The notes under the pieces were generated by a model, which saw only the letters and a program-made list of their open reading frames with translations, made no database searches and was not told the origin of the DNA. Shown one piece after another: positions 40,501 to 57,700 of a stretch of DNA of 64,000 nucleotides (position 1 is the first letter of the stretch; every line of letters begins with the position of its first letter). Source of the stretch: the human T2T-CHM13v2.0 reference genome, Homo sapiens; assembly GCA_009914755.4 (NCBI GenBank), contig CP086569.2, positions 4,448,001-4,512,000 of the forward strand, in the 5' to 3' direction. A program made the translations under genes and the position numbers.

Positions 40501-42604
40501 AAGAGGCTTTAATAAGCAGGATTTCAGCTTAAAAAGATGCTAGAATTTTTAGAACCTAGGTACTATAACCAGGGCTCTTGATAATAGAGAAAGCAGAGAA
40601 AGATTAAAGACATTAACAGAAAGACTAGAATTGTGAATTTTGGGTGTGAATTCCATATTTCTCTGATATCTACTTCAAATGCAATCTGGTATGCTTTGAG
40701 GCTTGGGCTCTGAATCTAACAACCATGCTGCACACTCTGATTCTTTTCTTATTTAAAAGAAGTGTTCCTTTCTAAATGATTGCAACAAAAACCAAGGCAT
40801 ATAGTTGACTACATATTGACAGTATCGCGAATAAATGGCTTTTACTGTCATGTTAGTAGCCAGTCTTTACCAAGTCAACTGCACTGAACCTCCTTCAGGT
40901 ACTTGCATGACTCACTCTCACTGGATTGTAGCGTTTGCTCCCTAAACATCTTATTTAAAGTAATCCCTTATCTTGTTTTATTTTATTGATAGCATTTATG
41001 ACTATCTGAAATGACCACAAATTTTCTGCCACTTTATAATTGTTTGTGTCCCCTCAATCATTCCAATTTCTTATTCTTTACACTTGATGATATGTTTCAT
41101 AATGTAACATGTATCTTATTTTAACTCATTAATTTTGTTGTTATACAAACATGTAATGAAATACTTTTTTTGACTTTAATCTTTCAATCCACCTAGTTTT
41201 CTTCTACAGTGAGTATTTAAGTTAGGTAAAATGCTATGCTTAATTTTAAATAAATATTATTGCTTCAATAATTAATTGATTAAATGAATGATTTACAGTA
41301 GAATTTTCACATTCTCCTCTTCTTAAATCTTCCCCCTTCCACTATATTATACACATAATATCCACTCCCCCTTCTTTTCCTATATCAGGGAAAATGAATG
41401 AGGAAGCTAGATTTCTACATGTTTTAGTTATATTTCTTTTCACATATTGGAATACATATTTCCCTTTAATAAAAAAGTAAGGTTTTAAAATCAAATGTTT
41501 GCTGACTGCGTTTGCACTGTTTTTTTTTTTTTTTAACTCTGAAAAGCCTATACTAAAGCATCAGTTTTTATTATTCTTGGTTCTTCTACTTTACAAACAG
41601 ATTAAAAGATATTTATAAAACAATGTTTTAGAAAAATACATGGTGCCCTATACTAGCTTTCACTGGGATGCTCGGTATGGTGTCTTCAAGTAGCTTGGAG
41701 TAATCATTATAGGAAGCAGTATTAAGACTCTGTACAAAGAGTGTCTGTAATGTGTATTTTTTTCTCATTTGGAAAAAGTATGTTTTCCTCTCTGACTGTG
41801 TTGGCCATAGTTTCAGAGACCACACTATTGTTTAAGTTCAGTAATGGAAAATGGTTGTCAGTGACGATCAAATGTGAAGGAATCTGACCCTCAGGCACTC
41901 CATAATCCTAGTTTCTGGCTACTACCAGTCTATTTTCAAACATCCTCTATTTTCAACCAACCTTAGGGGTGGCATCTTTCTCTTCCTCCAGTTGACTACC
42001 ATCACAGATACAAGATGGGGAACGGCAACTAGACCATATGGGTAACAAAGCAAATTGGAATCTGCAACTTTACCTTTTTAATGAAGAAATATTAAAACCA
42101 ACAATACATGTAAAGTCCCAGAATATTATAAACTTCATAATTGTGTCTGTTTTGTTCTCTATTGTATCTCCAGCACCTGAAACAGCTCCTAGCATACAGT
42201 AGATTTGCTGTACACATCTGATGAATAAAATAATAAAAGAAACCACCAAAAGCACATGCAAAAAAACAAAAATAAAATAGTGGAACTACATCAAACTAAA
42301 AAGCTGCTGCACAGCAAAGGAAACAATCAAAAGAGTGAAAAGACAACCTTTAGAATGGGAGATAGTATTTGCATACCACATATCTGATAAAGATCTAATA
42401 TTAAAAATATATAAGGAACTCCTATAACTCAATAGCAAAAAAAAAAAAAATGCGAATAGACATTTCTCAAAAAAGACATACAAATGGCCAATGGGTATAT
42501 GAAAAGATGATCAACGTCACTAATTATCAGTGAAATGCAAATCAAAACCAAAATAAGATATCACCTCACAGCCATTAGAATGAACATTATTTAAAAGAAA
42601 TACA

Positions 42605-42886
42605 GGCCAGGTGCAGTGGCTGACGCCTGTAATCCCAGCACTTTGGGAGGCTGAGGCAGGTGGATCATGAGATCAGAAGTTCGAGACCAGCCTGGCCAAG
42701 ATGGTGAAACCCCGTCTCTACTAAAAATACAAAAATTAGCTGGGCGTGGTGGTGGGCACCTGTAATCTCAGCTACTTGGGAGGCTGAGGCAAAGAATTGC
42801 TTGAACCTGGGAGGCAGAGGTTTCAGTGAGCCGAGATCATGCCACTTCATTCCAGCCTGGGCGATAGAGCGAGACTCTGTCTCAAG
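42605..42886 (+). mobile_element. Alu (AluS-like) nested in the L1M, with a TSD aaagaaatacag/a.
   Basis: ggccaggtgcagtggctgacgcctgtaatcccagcactttgggaggctgaggcaggtggatcatgagatcagaagttcgagaccagcctggccaagatggtgaaaccccgtctctactaaaaatacaaaaattagctgggcgtggtggtgggcacctgtaatctcagctacttgggaggctgagg...cgagactctgtctcaag. It is flanked by aaaagaaatacag (42593-42605) and aaaagaaatacaaaag (42887-42902). Confidence 0.9.
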
Positions 42887-43036
42887 AAAAGAAATACAAA
42901 AGATAATAAATGTTGGTCAAGATGTGAAGAAATTGGAATTGCTACATACTGTTGGTGGGAGTGTAAAATGGCGCAGTTGCTAGGAAAACAGTATGAAGGT
43001 TCCTCAACTACTTTATGATCCAGCAATCCCACTTTT

Positions 43037-43344
<308 letters not shown>

Positions 43345-44808
43345 GCAATCCCACTTTTGAGTAAATATTCAAAAGAATTTAGATCAGAATCCTGTAGAGA
43401 CATTAGAACTCCTACGTTCATTGCAACACTATTTACAATGACCAATATGTGGAAAAAACCCAAATCAAATGTCCACCCATAGATGAGTGGATAAAAATAG
43501 TATGTGATATAAATAAACAGTAAAATTCTATTCAGCCTTAAAGAAGAAAATCCTGTTATACGTAACGACATGGATAAACCTGGAGGGCATTGGACTAACT
43601 GAAATAAGCCAGGCACAGAAGGACAAGTACTGCATGATTCTACTTACATAAGATATCTTAAGTAGTCAGATTCATTGAAACAGAGTGTAGAATGGTGTTT
43701 ATCAGGGGCTGAAGGAGTAAGGGGAAATGGTGAGTTGCTGGTCAACATTTATATAGCTTCAGTTATGCAAAATGAATACGTTCCAGAGATACTCTGTATA
43801 ACATTATGCTTATAGTTAAAAACACTGTATTGTACACTTGAAATTTTGTTAAGAGAGTCATTCTCATGTTGACTCTTTTTACCACAATAAAAAATAATTT
43901 TATACATTTAGAAAAATAGCCTATATTAGCTGCCCCTCAATTTTATTCATCCCTAGGCAAACCCTGGAGAGATAAGCAAGCAATCTCTAAGACTTTGTAA
44001 GTAAAAACTTAGAGAATTTGAAAACAGTTCAAAAAAGAGCCACATATCTGAGGAAAGAATTGTAAAAATAGAAAAATTAGGCAAGTTAAAAAATTTGCAA
44101 TTATTCAGCATAGAGCTAAAAAGGGGAAGTAGCATAATATTGGGCTCATCATGAGCAAATGGGAAATGATCACCAAAACAGAGTGGAAAATTGTTCCTAA
44201 TTCCAATGAAGACAGAAAAAGGGCAAAACACCCACACTGCAGTATGAAATCTAAATCTCTTAGCATTCTCTCTGAAAGGTACACATCTCTAGTGCTTTTG
44301 AAAATAGTCTTTTTTTTCCGGTCATTTATATTCCAAGTGTGGTCCTGAAGGGGAATGACTAGATGTTTTCTCAAGGAGAGTTAACTCTGTGTGTGGGGTG
44401 GAGGTGAGGGCTCCAGAAGGAGGGAGAGTTTATAAATTAGCAAGTTGTAATGTCTGTTGAAATAATTACATTCTGTATTGTTTGGTCAGACCCTAAACTT
44501 GGCTGTACTGCTTTACAAAAGAAAAGGCTTTTGCACAAGGCCCTCTTACTTTCTCACCAAAGTGAGTTTCTGTGCCTGATTTAAGAAAATGCCTTTTGAG
44601 AGATGTGATAATTGAATAATTTTGAGGCTGTCTAGAGTACACAGGGAAGTTGATTAAAGTCAGTAAAACATAGGCTCTCTGATTATGCTGCAAATCTTTC
44701 CAAGCCAGAAGAACCAGCATTGTTATGAAGTCTCCTTTGCTTAACAGTTTGCTTTATTTGCTTAATAATTACTTAAATAAATAACTGTATTTAAAACAAT
44801 GAAATTTT

Positions 44809-47261
<2,453 letters not shown>

Positions 47262-47799
47262 TGAAATATTTTCACTTTTTTACTCGTAAATATAGCATTT
47301 GAGTATTCTTCTAGTAACAAAACAAGTTTCACTTAATAAGACACTATTAGTAATCTTATTAATGGTTCTGGTTGTTTTCTAAACAGAGTAAACTATAGGG
47401 TGAGTTATTTACCTTACATTTGTAAATGAAGGTCCTTTGATGCAGATCTAGTTGGTTCTCCTCTGAGGTTCTGTCTGTAAGGTCAGTTACTTGAACAGGA
47501 AACTATCCTGAGAGAGGAAACCCAAGATATCTATATTTGTTATTTAAGTAATCTCTGACATTCTTGTGAGTTTTAGTTGATCTTCTATTTCATGGGAGTG
47601 AACCAAAAGGAAAAATATATTATCAATTTTAGAAAAATAAATTGGGGCTAGATAAAACACGTGCATATATATTTTGTCTACTTATTTCTCTAAACATGGT
47701 CAGGTAAAAAACCAAAAATGGGTAAGGATTCCAGAAAATCAAAGAAGATATTTGACAATGAATATTTCAATACTTGACAATTTCCACCCCACTGATACT

Positions 47800-48421
47800 T
47801 TTATTTATTTATTTTTATTATACTTAAGTTCTGGGATGCATGTGCAGAATGTGCAGGTTTGTTACATAGGTATAAATGTGCCATGGTGGTTTGCCGCATC
47901 CATCAACCCATCATCTACATTAGGTATTTCTCCTAATGCTATCCCTCCCCTAGACCCTACACCTCAACAGGCCCCAGTGTGTGATGTTCCTCTCCCTGTG
48001 TCCATGTGTTCTCTTTGTTCAACTCCTACTTATGAGTGAGAACATGTGATGTTTGGTTTTCTGTTCCTGTGTTAGTTTGCTGAATTTGATGCTATCCCCA
48101 TCAAGCTACCATTTTCTTCACAGAATTAGAAAAAACTACTTTAAATTTTATATGGAACCAAAAGAGAGCCCGTATAGCCAAGAAAATCCTAAGCAAAAAG
48201 AACAAAGCTGGAGGCATCACACTACCTGACTTCAAACTATACTACAAGGCTACAGTAACCAAAACAGCATGGTACTGGTACCAAAACAGATATATAGACC
48301 AATGGAACAGAACAGAGGCCTCAGAAATAACACCACCCTTCTACAACCATCTGATCTTTGACAAGCCTGACAAAAACAAGCAATAGGGAAAGGATTCCCT
48401 ATTTAATAAATGGTGTTGGGA
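47800..48421 (-). mobile_element. Short L1PA insertion with an inverted 5' segment (twin-priming structure). The minus-strand 3' end with A-tail (seen as T-rich on the plus strand) is at 47800-48090. It is joined at ~48090/48091 to a plus-strand ORF2 segment at 48091-48421.
   Basis: 47800-48090 ttatttatttatttttattatacttaagttctgggatgcatgtgcagaatgtgcaggtttgttacataggtataaatgtgccatggtggtttgc...tgagtgagaacatgtgatgtttggttttctgttcctgtgttagtttgctgaa is the reverse complement of the L1PA 3'UTR/ORF2 end. 48091-48421 gctatccccatcaagctaccattttcttcacagaattagaaaaaactactttaaattttatatggaaccaaaagagagcccgtatagccaagaaaatcctaagcaaaaagaacaaagctggaggcatcacactacctgacttcaaactatactacaagg...ctatttaataaatggtgttggga is sense ORF2 (..[59 protein letters not shown]...LFNKWCW). 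The candidate TSD is gatactttt (47794) / gatattttc (48420). Confidence 0.75.
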
Positions 48422-49198
48422 TATTTTCAAAATAAGAGGCTGGTCTAGGATTGCAAACAAAAATGTTCCCCAGAAAACTCTCATGACACTGTAACAATGG
48501 GAAATTTCTATAACAGGTATATTTTTAGATTTAGTCAAAATTTTAATTAGAAAAGCTATATATGCAGAAGGAGTTTCCTTCATAACATTAAAAAATGTAT
48601 ATTGCCAAATATATTGATTATTTTTAATTTAACTTTACAATTATAGAAATTTTATTGATGGTTTTTAAAAAATGCATTTGTTAATTCATCCCTTCATTCT
48701 GAACACTGTAGCAATCACTGTTCATTAATCTTAGCTTGCAGAATTACAATTATAATGAGAGCTATAGTAAAAAGAATGTCACACATTGTGTATTATAACT
48801 TCCTGGGCAACCAGGACAAGAGACAAACTAGGAGACACAGAAGTGAAGAACGAGCACTTTTCAGAAAGTATATTAAAAGTCCTTTGATTGAGAGCTTAAC
48901 GACAGGACTGAAGTTAAGCCTTTGGCCTTCAGCATAGCTGTTATAACATAAACATTAACAATCTACAAATGTTCATTTACAAATTTACAAACCTAGCCCA
49001 CTTGTTGCAATCATGATAGGAGTCAGTTTACTGATGAATAAAACCTATTATTGACTCTGTTGGCAGTGGAGCGTTCATTCTCACCATTCTCTGGTGGTTT
49101 TATTCAGAAAAGATTGTAATACTGGGCACATTTTTATGACTTATCACATGTTATTTACACAAGTAGTTTGGATCAAAGTGGTAGTTGACCTGGATCTA

Positions 49199-49307
49199 GA
49201 AGAGTTCATTCTCACTATGTTGCCCAGGATGGTCTGGAACTCCTGGGCTCAAGTGATCTTCTGGGCTCAAGCCTCCAGAGAAGCAGAAATTATAGGCTGT
49301 GTGCTTA
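49199..49307 (-). mobile_element. Alu left-monomer (FLAM/AluJ-like) fragment on the minus strand.
   Basis: agagttcattctcactatgttgcccaggatggtctggaactcctgggctcaagtgatcttctgggctcaagcctccagagaagcagaaattataggctgtgtgc matches the reverse complement of the Alu left arm (..tcactatgttgcccaggctggtctcgaactcctgggctcaagcgatcc..cctcccaaagtgctgggattacaggc). Confidence 0.7.
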
Positions 49308-49754
49308 ATTGCTAAAAATTTTAATGACAATAACATGACTTGAATACAAAACTGGTAGAGAGAAAGGCACAGGAATCCCAAATCTGTCTCATCTCACTCC
49401 ATTTCTGTGCCTTCTAATGTTATTTAAAACACTGAAATCTCTTTATTTTCACTCAGAAATACAAAAATTGAGGTAGTCCCATTGGTAGTGAAGACGACCT
49501 CAGCTCAAGTTCCTAGGGCCTAACAGAACTTTGGTCAAGCCTAAAACAAGCTAGATGTTTCATATCATTTTTCTTCACATAATTATTATCTGAGACACCA
49601 GACATGCCCACTCTAGGACATATTGGGTGCTGCATTGAGAAATTCATTTGTAGGCTGAATAATTTTTCTAATCTTAATTTTCCTCTCACAATATAAGAGA
49701 GTAAATGCTTCCTAACTTCTTTATATGCTTTAGAAAAAAGAATACCAAGTCAAG

Positions 49755-50162
<408 letters not shown>

Positions 50163-50380
50163 TCACTCTGAAAAATCTTATTATTACTGAGGAAAAAGAA
50201 ACAGTATTAGCTCTACGAAGAGGATTGCTGTGCTACATTTGCATAGTTCTTAACATGATAAGAAAAAAATGCCTATGATATATATTTTTGACAGTTTGAC
50301 AGTTTCACTGTTCAGATTCGACATTCAACATTTAAAAGGCAAGTAATTGAAACTGCTATTACTCTGCTAAACAGAGTTCA

Positions 50381-50785
<405 letters not shown>

Positions 50786-50928
50786 TCATTGTTAATGAAT
50801 TACAATACTTCCTTAAAGTGCTTATAGTATACATATTAGCTTCCTACTTGTGTCATATATACCTGTTCTATATATCAATTAACCGTATAACAATGTCACT
50901 AACATTTACTATAAGAATACATAAGTGC

Positions 50929-51267
<339 letters not shown>

Positions 51268-52305
51268 TTACACTGTGATGTTTCCTTAGCAACTTTCTTG
51301 TAAAATATATGAAAAATATTTCTGTATAATTTAAAAACAGGAGTTTACATGTATAAATTCTCTATATGTAGATATATTAAATACATAAATAATCTTCTTT
51401 CCTACATTTTACTTAGTCACTATTGTCAGAATGTTAAAATTGCATACTATTTTAAAAACATGACTTGGCTATCTTTTGCCATATTATTTTATTTAAAGAT
51501 AGAATATTCTTAGGAAAATGGACCTTAGGTACTTAAATCAGAAGTTCAAAGACTAGCCAGGAGTAATTTTGGAGGACATGGCTTCTATACAACTCAAAGT
51601 ATGTGTTCTTCGTTTCAGGAATAAATGTAAAATTTATTCTTGGGAAATGCTCCTTAAATGCTTGAATCAACTCCAATTTTTATATTTTAATCAATAGTAT
51701 TATTAAATATTTTTCCCCTAGGCTCGACACCAAATATCATCAGATGTTTCCCCCCTAGACTAGACCTCTAAAAATATAATGAAAAAGTGGAAATGCTGTC
51801 AGAACAAAAGTTACATATAAATTATTCAGGTATTTTTTAAATTCCATATGGATTCTATACCACCTGTTATAATCAGAGAAACTTTCTATCCTCTACTTCC
51901 CTCCTTTAACAAGTTGTCAAATTCAATTTCCAATTAAATCAATTTTTGGAAAACAGTTGTTGCTTTAATTTTTTTGGTCATAATTATTGCAACAACTTTT
52001 TGATTGCTTTCATTACAGCAAATGTCATTTTTAAAACAATCAGTACAATAAAATGACTTGACTTTAGCCATGTTTGTGTCTATCTGCTTTAATTCACTAT
52101 AAATGTAGTGTTTCAGACATTTTTAGAAAAAGGTATTACTTTTACAGATTATACTGAGAAGTATACACATTTTTTGCTACACATTTATTTTTAAGGAAAA
52201 CAATTTGCACAGTTATATTTGGTATGAGATGAAAACTATATTTTTTAACTTAAACTATCTGTCTTTAGCTGACTAGTACATTGTTTCTAGAAAAGTAAAC
52301 ATGTA

Positions 52306-54735
52306 TTTCTTCTTTTATTTTATTTAACATTTATTGTAGGTTCAGGGTTACATGTACAGTTTTGTTATATAGGTAAATTGCATGTCGTGGGGTTTTGGTG
52401 TACAGATTATTTTATCACTCAGGTAAATAAGTATAGTACGTGATAGGTAGTTTTTTGATCCTCACCCTCCTCCCACCACCCACCCTCAACTAGGCCCCAG
52501 TGTCTGTTGTTCCCTTCTTGTTGTCCATATGTTCTCAATATTTAGGTCCCACTTATAAGAAAGAACATGCATTATTTGTTTTTTCTCTTCCTTTGTTAGT
52601 TTGCTTTGGATAATGGCCTCAAACTCCATCCATGTTTCTGCGAAGAACATGATCTCATTCATTTTTACAGCTCCATAGTATTCCATGGTGTATATGTGTC
52701 ATATTTTCTTTATTCAGTCTACTGTTGATGGGCACTTAAGTTGATTCCATTTCCTTGCTATCGTGAATAGTCCTGCAATAAACATATGCATGCATTTGTC
52801 ATAATGGTAGAACAATTTATATTCATTTGAGAATATAGCCAATAATGGGACTGCTGGGTCAATTTGGTTTCAAGTTCTTTGAGGAATCACCAAACTTTGC
52901 TTTCCACAAAGGCTGAACTAATTTACATTCCCAGCAGAAGTGCATAAGTGTTTCCTTCTCTGCAACTTTGTCAGCATCTATTATTTTTGACTCTTTAGTA
53001 ATAGACATTGTCATTGGTATGAGATGATATATCACTGTAGTTTTGATTTCCATTTCTCTAATGATGAGCGATGTTGAGCATTTTTTCATATGCTTGTAGT
53101 TCACATTGTGCCTTCGTTTGAAAGGTGTCTGTTCATGTCCTTTGCCCACTTTTTGATGGGGTTCTTTGTTTTTTGCTTGTAATTTGTTTAAGTTCCTTAC
53201 AGATTCTGGACATTAAACCATTGTTGGATACACAGCTTGCAAATATTTTCTCACATTCTGTCTGTTTAATCTGCTGATAGTTTCTTTTGGTGTACCGAAG
53301 CTCTTCAGTTTCATTAGGTTCTATCTGTCCACTTGTGTTTTTGATGCAATTGCTTTTGGCATCTTTGTCATAAAGTCTTTGCCAGGTCGTGTGTCAAAAA
53401 TAATATTTCCTAGGTTATCTTTCAGGGTTTTTAGAGTTTTTTGTTTTAGATTTATGTCTTTAATCTATCTTGAGTTTTTTTGTATATTATGTAAGGAAGG
53501 AGTCCAATTTTAATCTTCTACATATGGCTAGCCAGTTATCCCAGCATCATTTATTGAATACCAAGTCCTTTCCCCATTGCTTCTTTTGCTCAATTTTGTC
53601 AAAGATCAGATGGTTTTAAGTGTGCAGCATTATTTCTGGGCTTTCTATTCTGTTCCATTGGTCTATGTGTCTGTTTTTGTAGGAATAATATGCTGTTTTG
53701 ATTACTGTACCCTTGTAGAATATTTTGAAGCTGGGTAATGAGATGCTTCCACCTTGTTTTCTTTTTACTTAGGATTGCATTGGGTTCCACATGAATTTTA
53801 AAATAGTTTTTCTAGTTCTGGGAATAATGTCATTGGTAGTTTGATAGGAATAGCATTGAACCCGTACATTGCTTTGGGCAGTATGGCAATTTTGACAATG
53901 TTGATTTTTCCTGTCGATGAGAATGGAATGTTTCTCCATTTGTCTGTGTCATCTGCAATTTCTTTGAGCAATGTTTTGTAATTCTCATAGCAGAGGTCTT
54001 TTACCACCTTGGTTAGCTGTATTCCTAGGAATTGTATTTTTTTTTGTGGCTATTGTGAATGGGATTGCATATGACTTCTTCTTTTCCTATTTGGATGTCT
54101 TTTATTCCTTTCTGTTGCCTGATTACACTGGCATGGACTCCCAGTACTATGTGAAATAGGAGTGAAGAGAGTGGGCATCCTTCTCTGGTTCTGTATATCA
54201 AGCGGAATGTTTCCAGCTTTTTCCCATTCAGTATGATGTTGGCTGTGGATTTTGCATATATGGCTCTTATTATTTTGAAGTATGTTCCTTCAATGTCTAG
54301 TTTGTTGAGGGTTTTTAACATGAAGGGATGTTGAATTTTATTGAAAGCTTTTTCTTCAGCTACTGAGATGATTATGTGGTTTTGCTTTTAGTTCTGTTTA
54401 TGTGATGAATCACATTTATTGATTGGCTTATGTTGAGCCGATCTTGTATTCCAAGGATAAAGTCTACTCAATTATGGTGGATTAGCTTTTTGATGTGCTG
54501 TTGGATTTGGTTTGCTAGTATTTTGTTAAGAATGTTTGCATCTATGCTCCACAAGAATATTGGCCTGGAGTTTTCTTTTTTGTTGTTTTTGTGTCTTTGC
54601 CAGGTTTTGGTGATGCTGGTCTCATAAAATGAGTTAGGAAAGAGATCTTCCTCCTCAACTTTTTGGAATAGTTTCAGTAGGAAACTATTCAGAGTATTTA
54701 AGGTGTCCATCACCTGAGTACAATATATTTTTGTT
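52306..54735 (-). mobile_element. 5'-truncated older L1PA/L1PB-like element on the minus strand, comprising 3'UTR and ORF2 back to the start of the RT domain. It abuts the 3' end of an older L1M.
   Basis: The 3'UTR reverse complement is ttcttcttttattttatttaacatttattgtaggttcagggttacatgtacagttttgttatataggtaaattgcatgtcgtggggttttggtgtacagattattttatcactcaggtaaataag... Minus ORFs are 52859-53149 (..[27 protein letters not shown]), 54025-54321 ([56 protein letters not shown]) and 54468-54713 (..[23 protein letters not shown]). Confidence 0.9.
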
Positions 54736-57700
54736 CAGTATAGTAACTGTACTCTGCTATCAGGCATTGAATCTATTCCTGCTATTTTCCTGCGTGCCTA
54801 TACCTTATAACACACTTGTGTTGTTCCTCCCTTCCATCAGCCTTCTCAGTCTCTGTTACCTATGTTTCTGCTCTCTACTTCATGTAATCAAATATTTTAT
54901 CTACCAGATATGAGTGAGAATATGCAAGGTCTTTATGCTGTGCCAGGCTTATTCCACTTAAGATAATGACCTCAAGTTTCATTCATGTTGCTGTAAATGA
55001 CACGATTTTATTCTTTTTATGGTTGAATATTATTCAGTTGTGTATATATACCACATTTTCTTTATCAATTCATCTGTTGATGGGCACTTAAGTTGATTCC
55101 ATATATTTGCTCCCATGAATAGTGCTGCAATAAACATGCTAGTGCAGGTATCCATTTGATATACTGATTTCTTTTCCTTTGGGTAGATATCCAGTAGACA
55201 TTGTTAAATCAAATGAAAGTTCTAGTTTTAGGTTTTTCAGAAATTTCTATACTGTTTTCCATAGCACTGTACTAGTTTACATTGCAAAAAGTAATGTATA
55301 ATTTTCTCCACACCCTCGCCAATGTCTGTTTTTTTGTGTGTGTCTCTTTAATGATAACCATTATTACTTGGGTAAGAGGGCATCTCATTATGCTTTTAAT
55401 TTTCATTTCTCTGATGATCAGGGATGTTGAACATTTTTTCATAAACGTGTTGCGTGTTTGTGTGTCTTCTTTTGAGAAATGTCTGTTCATGTTTTTTTGC
55501 CCAGTTTTTAATAGGATTACTTGGGTTATTTTCCTATCATTTGGGTTCCTTGTATATTCTGGATATTAGTTTCTTATAAATAATTAGTTTGCAAATATTT
55601 TCTCCTGTTCAACAAGCTGGTTGTCTCTTCACTCTGTTGATTATATCATTTGCTTTCTACTTTAATTATTTACCACTTTTACTATTTTTGTTTTCTGTTG
55701 CATATGCTTTGGAGTCTGTCACAAACTCCTTGTTCAGGAAAGTTTTTCCTGGGTTTTCTTCTAGTATTTTGATAGTTTCAGGTCTTATATTTAAGTCTGT
55801 AATCCATTCAGAGTAGTTTTTTTATGGTGAGAAATAAGAGTCCAGTTTCTTCTACATGTGGCTATCTAATTTTCTCAGCATTAGTTATTAAAGAGGGTAT
55901 TTTTTCCTTAATGTAAGTTCTTGTTGGCTTTGTAAATATATCAGTTGGATTTATTTCTGGGTTATCTATTTTATTCCATTGGTCTATGTGTCTATTTTCA
56001 TACCAATGCCATGTTGTTTTGGTAACTATAGCCTTGTAGTATATTCTGAAGTCAGGTGATGTGATGCCTTCAGCTTTCTTCTTTCTGCTCAAGATTGCTT
56101 TGGCTATTCAGGTTCTTACTTGTTCCATATACATTTTAGGAATTTTTTTCTAATTATGTGAAGAATGGCATTGGTATTTTCATAGTGATTAAATTAAATC
56201 TGTATATTTCATTGGGCAGTAGGGTCATTATAATGGTGTTAATTCTTCTGATCCATGAGAATGAGATAATTTTTATTTGTTTGTGTCTTCTTCAACTTAT
56301 TTCATCAGTGTTTTGTAGTTTTTCTTGTAGAGATTTTTTACTTCCTTGGTTAAATTTGGTCCTAGGTATTTTATTTTTTGTTGCTATTATAAATGGGATT
56401 GTCTTCTTGATTTCTTTTTCAGCTAGATCATTGTTGGTGTATAGATATGCTAGTGATTTTTGTACATTGATTTCATATTCTATAATTTACTGAATTCATT
56501 TATCACATCCATGAGGTTTTGGTAAAGTCCTTAGATTTTTCTAGTTATAAGATTATTGAGGGTGGGTATGGTAGCTCATGACCATAATCCCAGGACATGA
56601 GAGGACGAGGTGGGCAGATACCTTGAGGTCAAGAGCTTGAGACCAGCCTAGCCAACATGGTGAAACCCCATCTCTACTAAAAATACAAAAATTAGCCAGG
56701 TGTGATGGCAGGCACCTTTAATCCTAGCTACTTGGGAGACTGAGGCGGGAGGAGAATGCCTTGAACCCGAGAGTTGGAGGTTGCAGTGAACCAAGATCAT
56801 GCCACCACACTTCAGCCTAGGTGACACAGTGAGACTCTGTCTCAAAAATAAAAAAAAAATGAATAAGCAAAGAGAAACTATTTGAAGTTCTCATTTTTAA
56901 CTTTGATGCTTTTTATTTCTTTATCTTACTTGATACCTCTGACTAGGACTTCCAGGACTACGTTAAGTAGGAGTGATGAAATTGGGCATCCATGTCTTGT
57001 TCCAGTTCTTAGAGAAAAGGCTTTCAACTTTTCCCCATTCAGAATAATGTTAGCTATGTGTTTTTCAAATATGGCCTTTATTATTATCAAATCTGATAGT
57101 TCTGTGCCTAGTTTGTTGAGGGTTTTTATCATGAAGTGATGTTGAATTTTATCAAATGCTTTTTTCTACATCTATTGAGAATATAATATGGCTTTTCTCC
57201 TTCATTCTGTTGATGTGAAGTATCATGTTTATTGATTTGTGTATGTTGAAACATCCTTGGCTCCCTGAAATAAACACTCCTTGATTGTGGTGTATTGTCT
57301 TTCTGTTGTCCTGTTGGATTTGATTCACTAGTATTTTGTGAGTATTTTTGTGTCCATGTTCAAGAAATACATAGCCCTGTAGTTTTCCTTTTTTGTGACT
57401 TCCTTGTCTGGTTTTGGTATCAGGGTGATGCTGGGCACATAGAATGAGTTAGGAAGCCTTCTGATTACCTCGGTGTTTTAAAAAAGCTGTAACAAGATTG
57501 TCATTGTGGTCAGTTGGATTTCTGTCGTGATAAAATGTGAGTCCTTTATTTTCCTCTTTTTTGTTACTGCTTTTATACTTCTGTGTATTCTCATGATGGT
57601 AAACGTCATCCTTTCATGTCCAGGTTTGGGAGCTCCTTGAGCATTTCTTATAGGCCTGGTCTAATGTAATAAATTCCCTTGTCATTTGCTTGCCTGGGAG

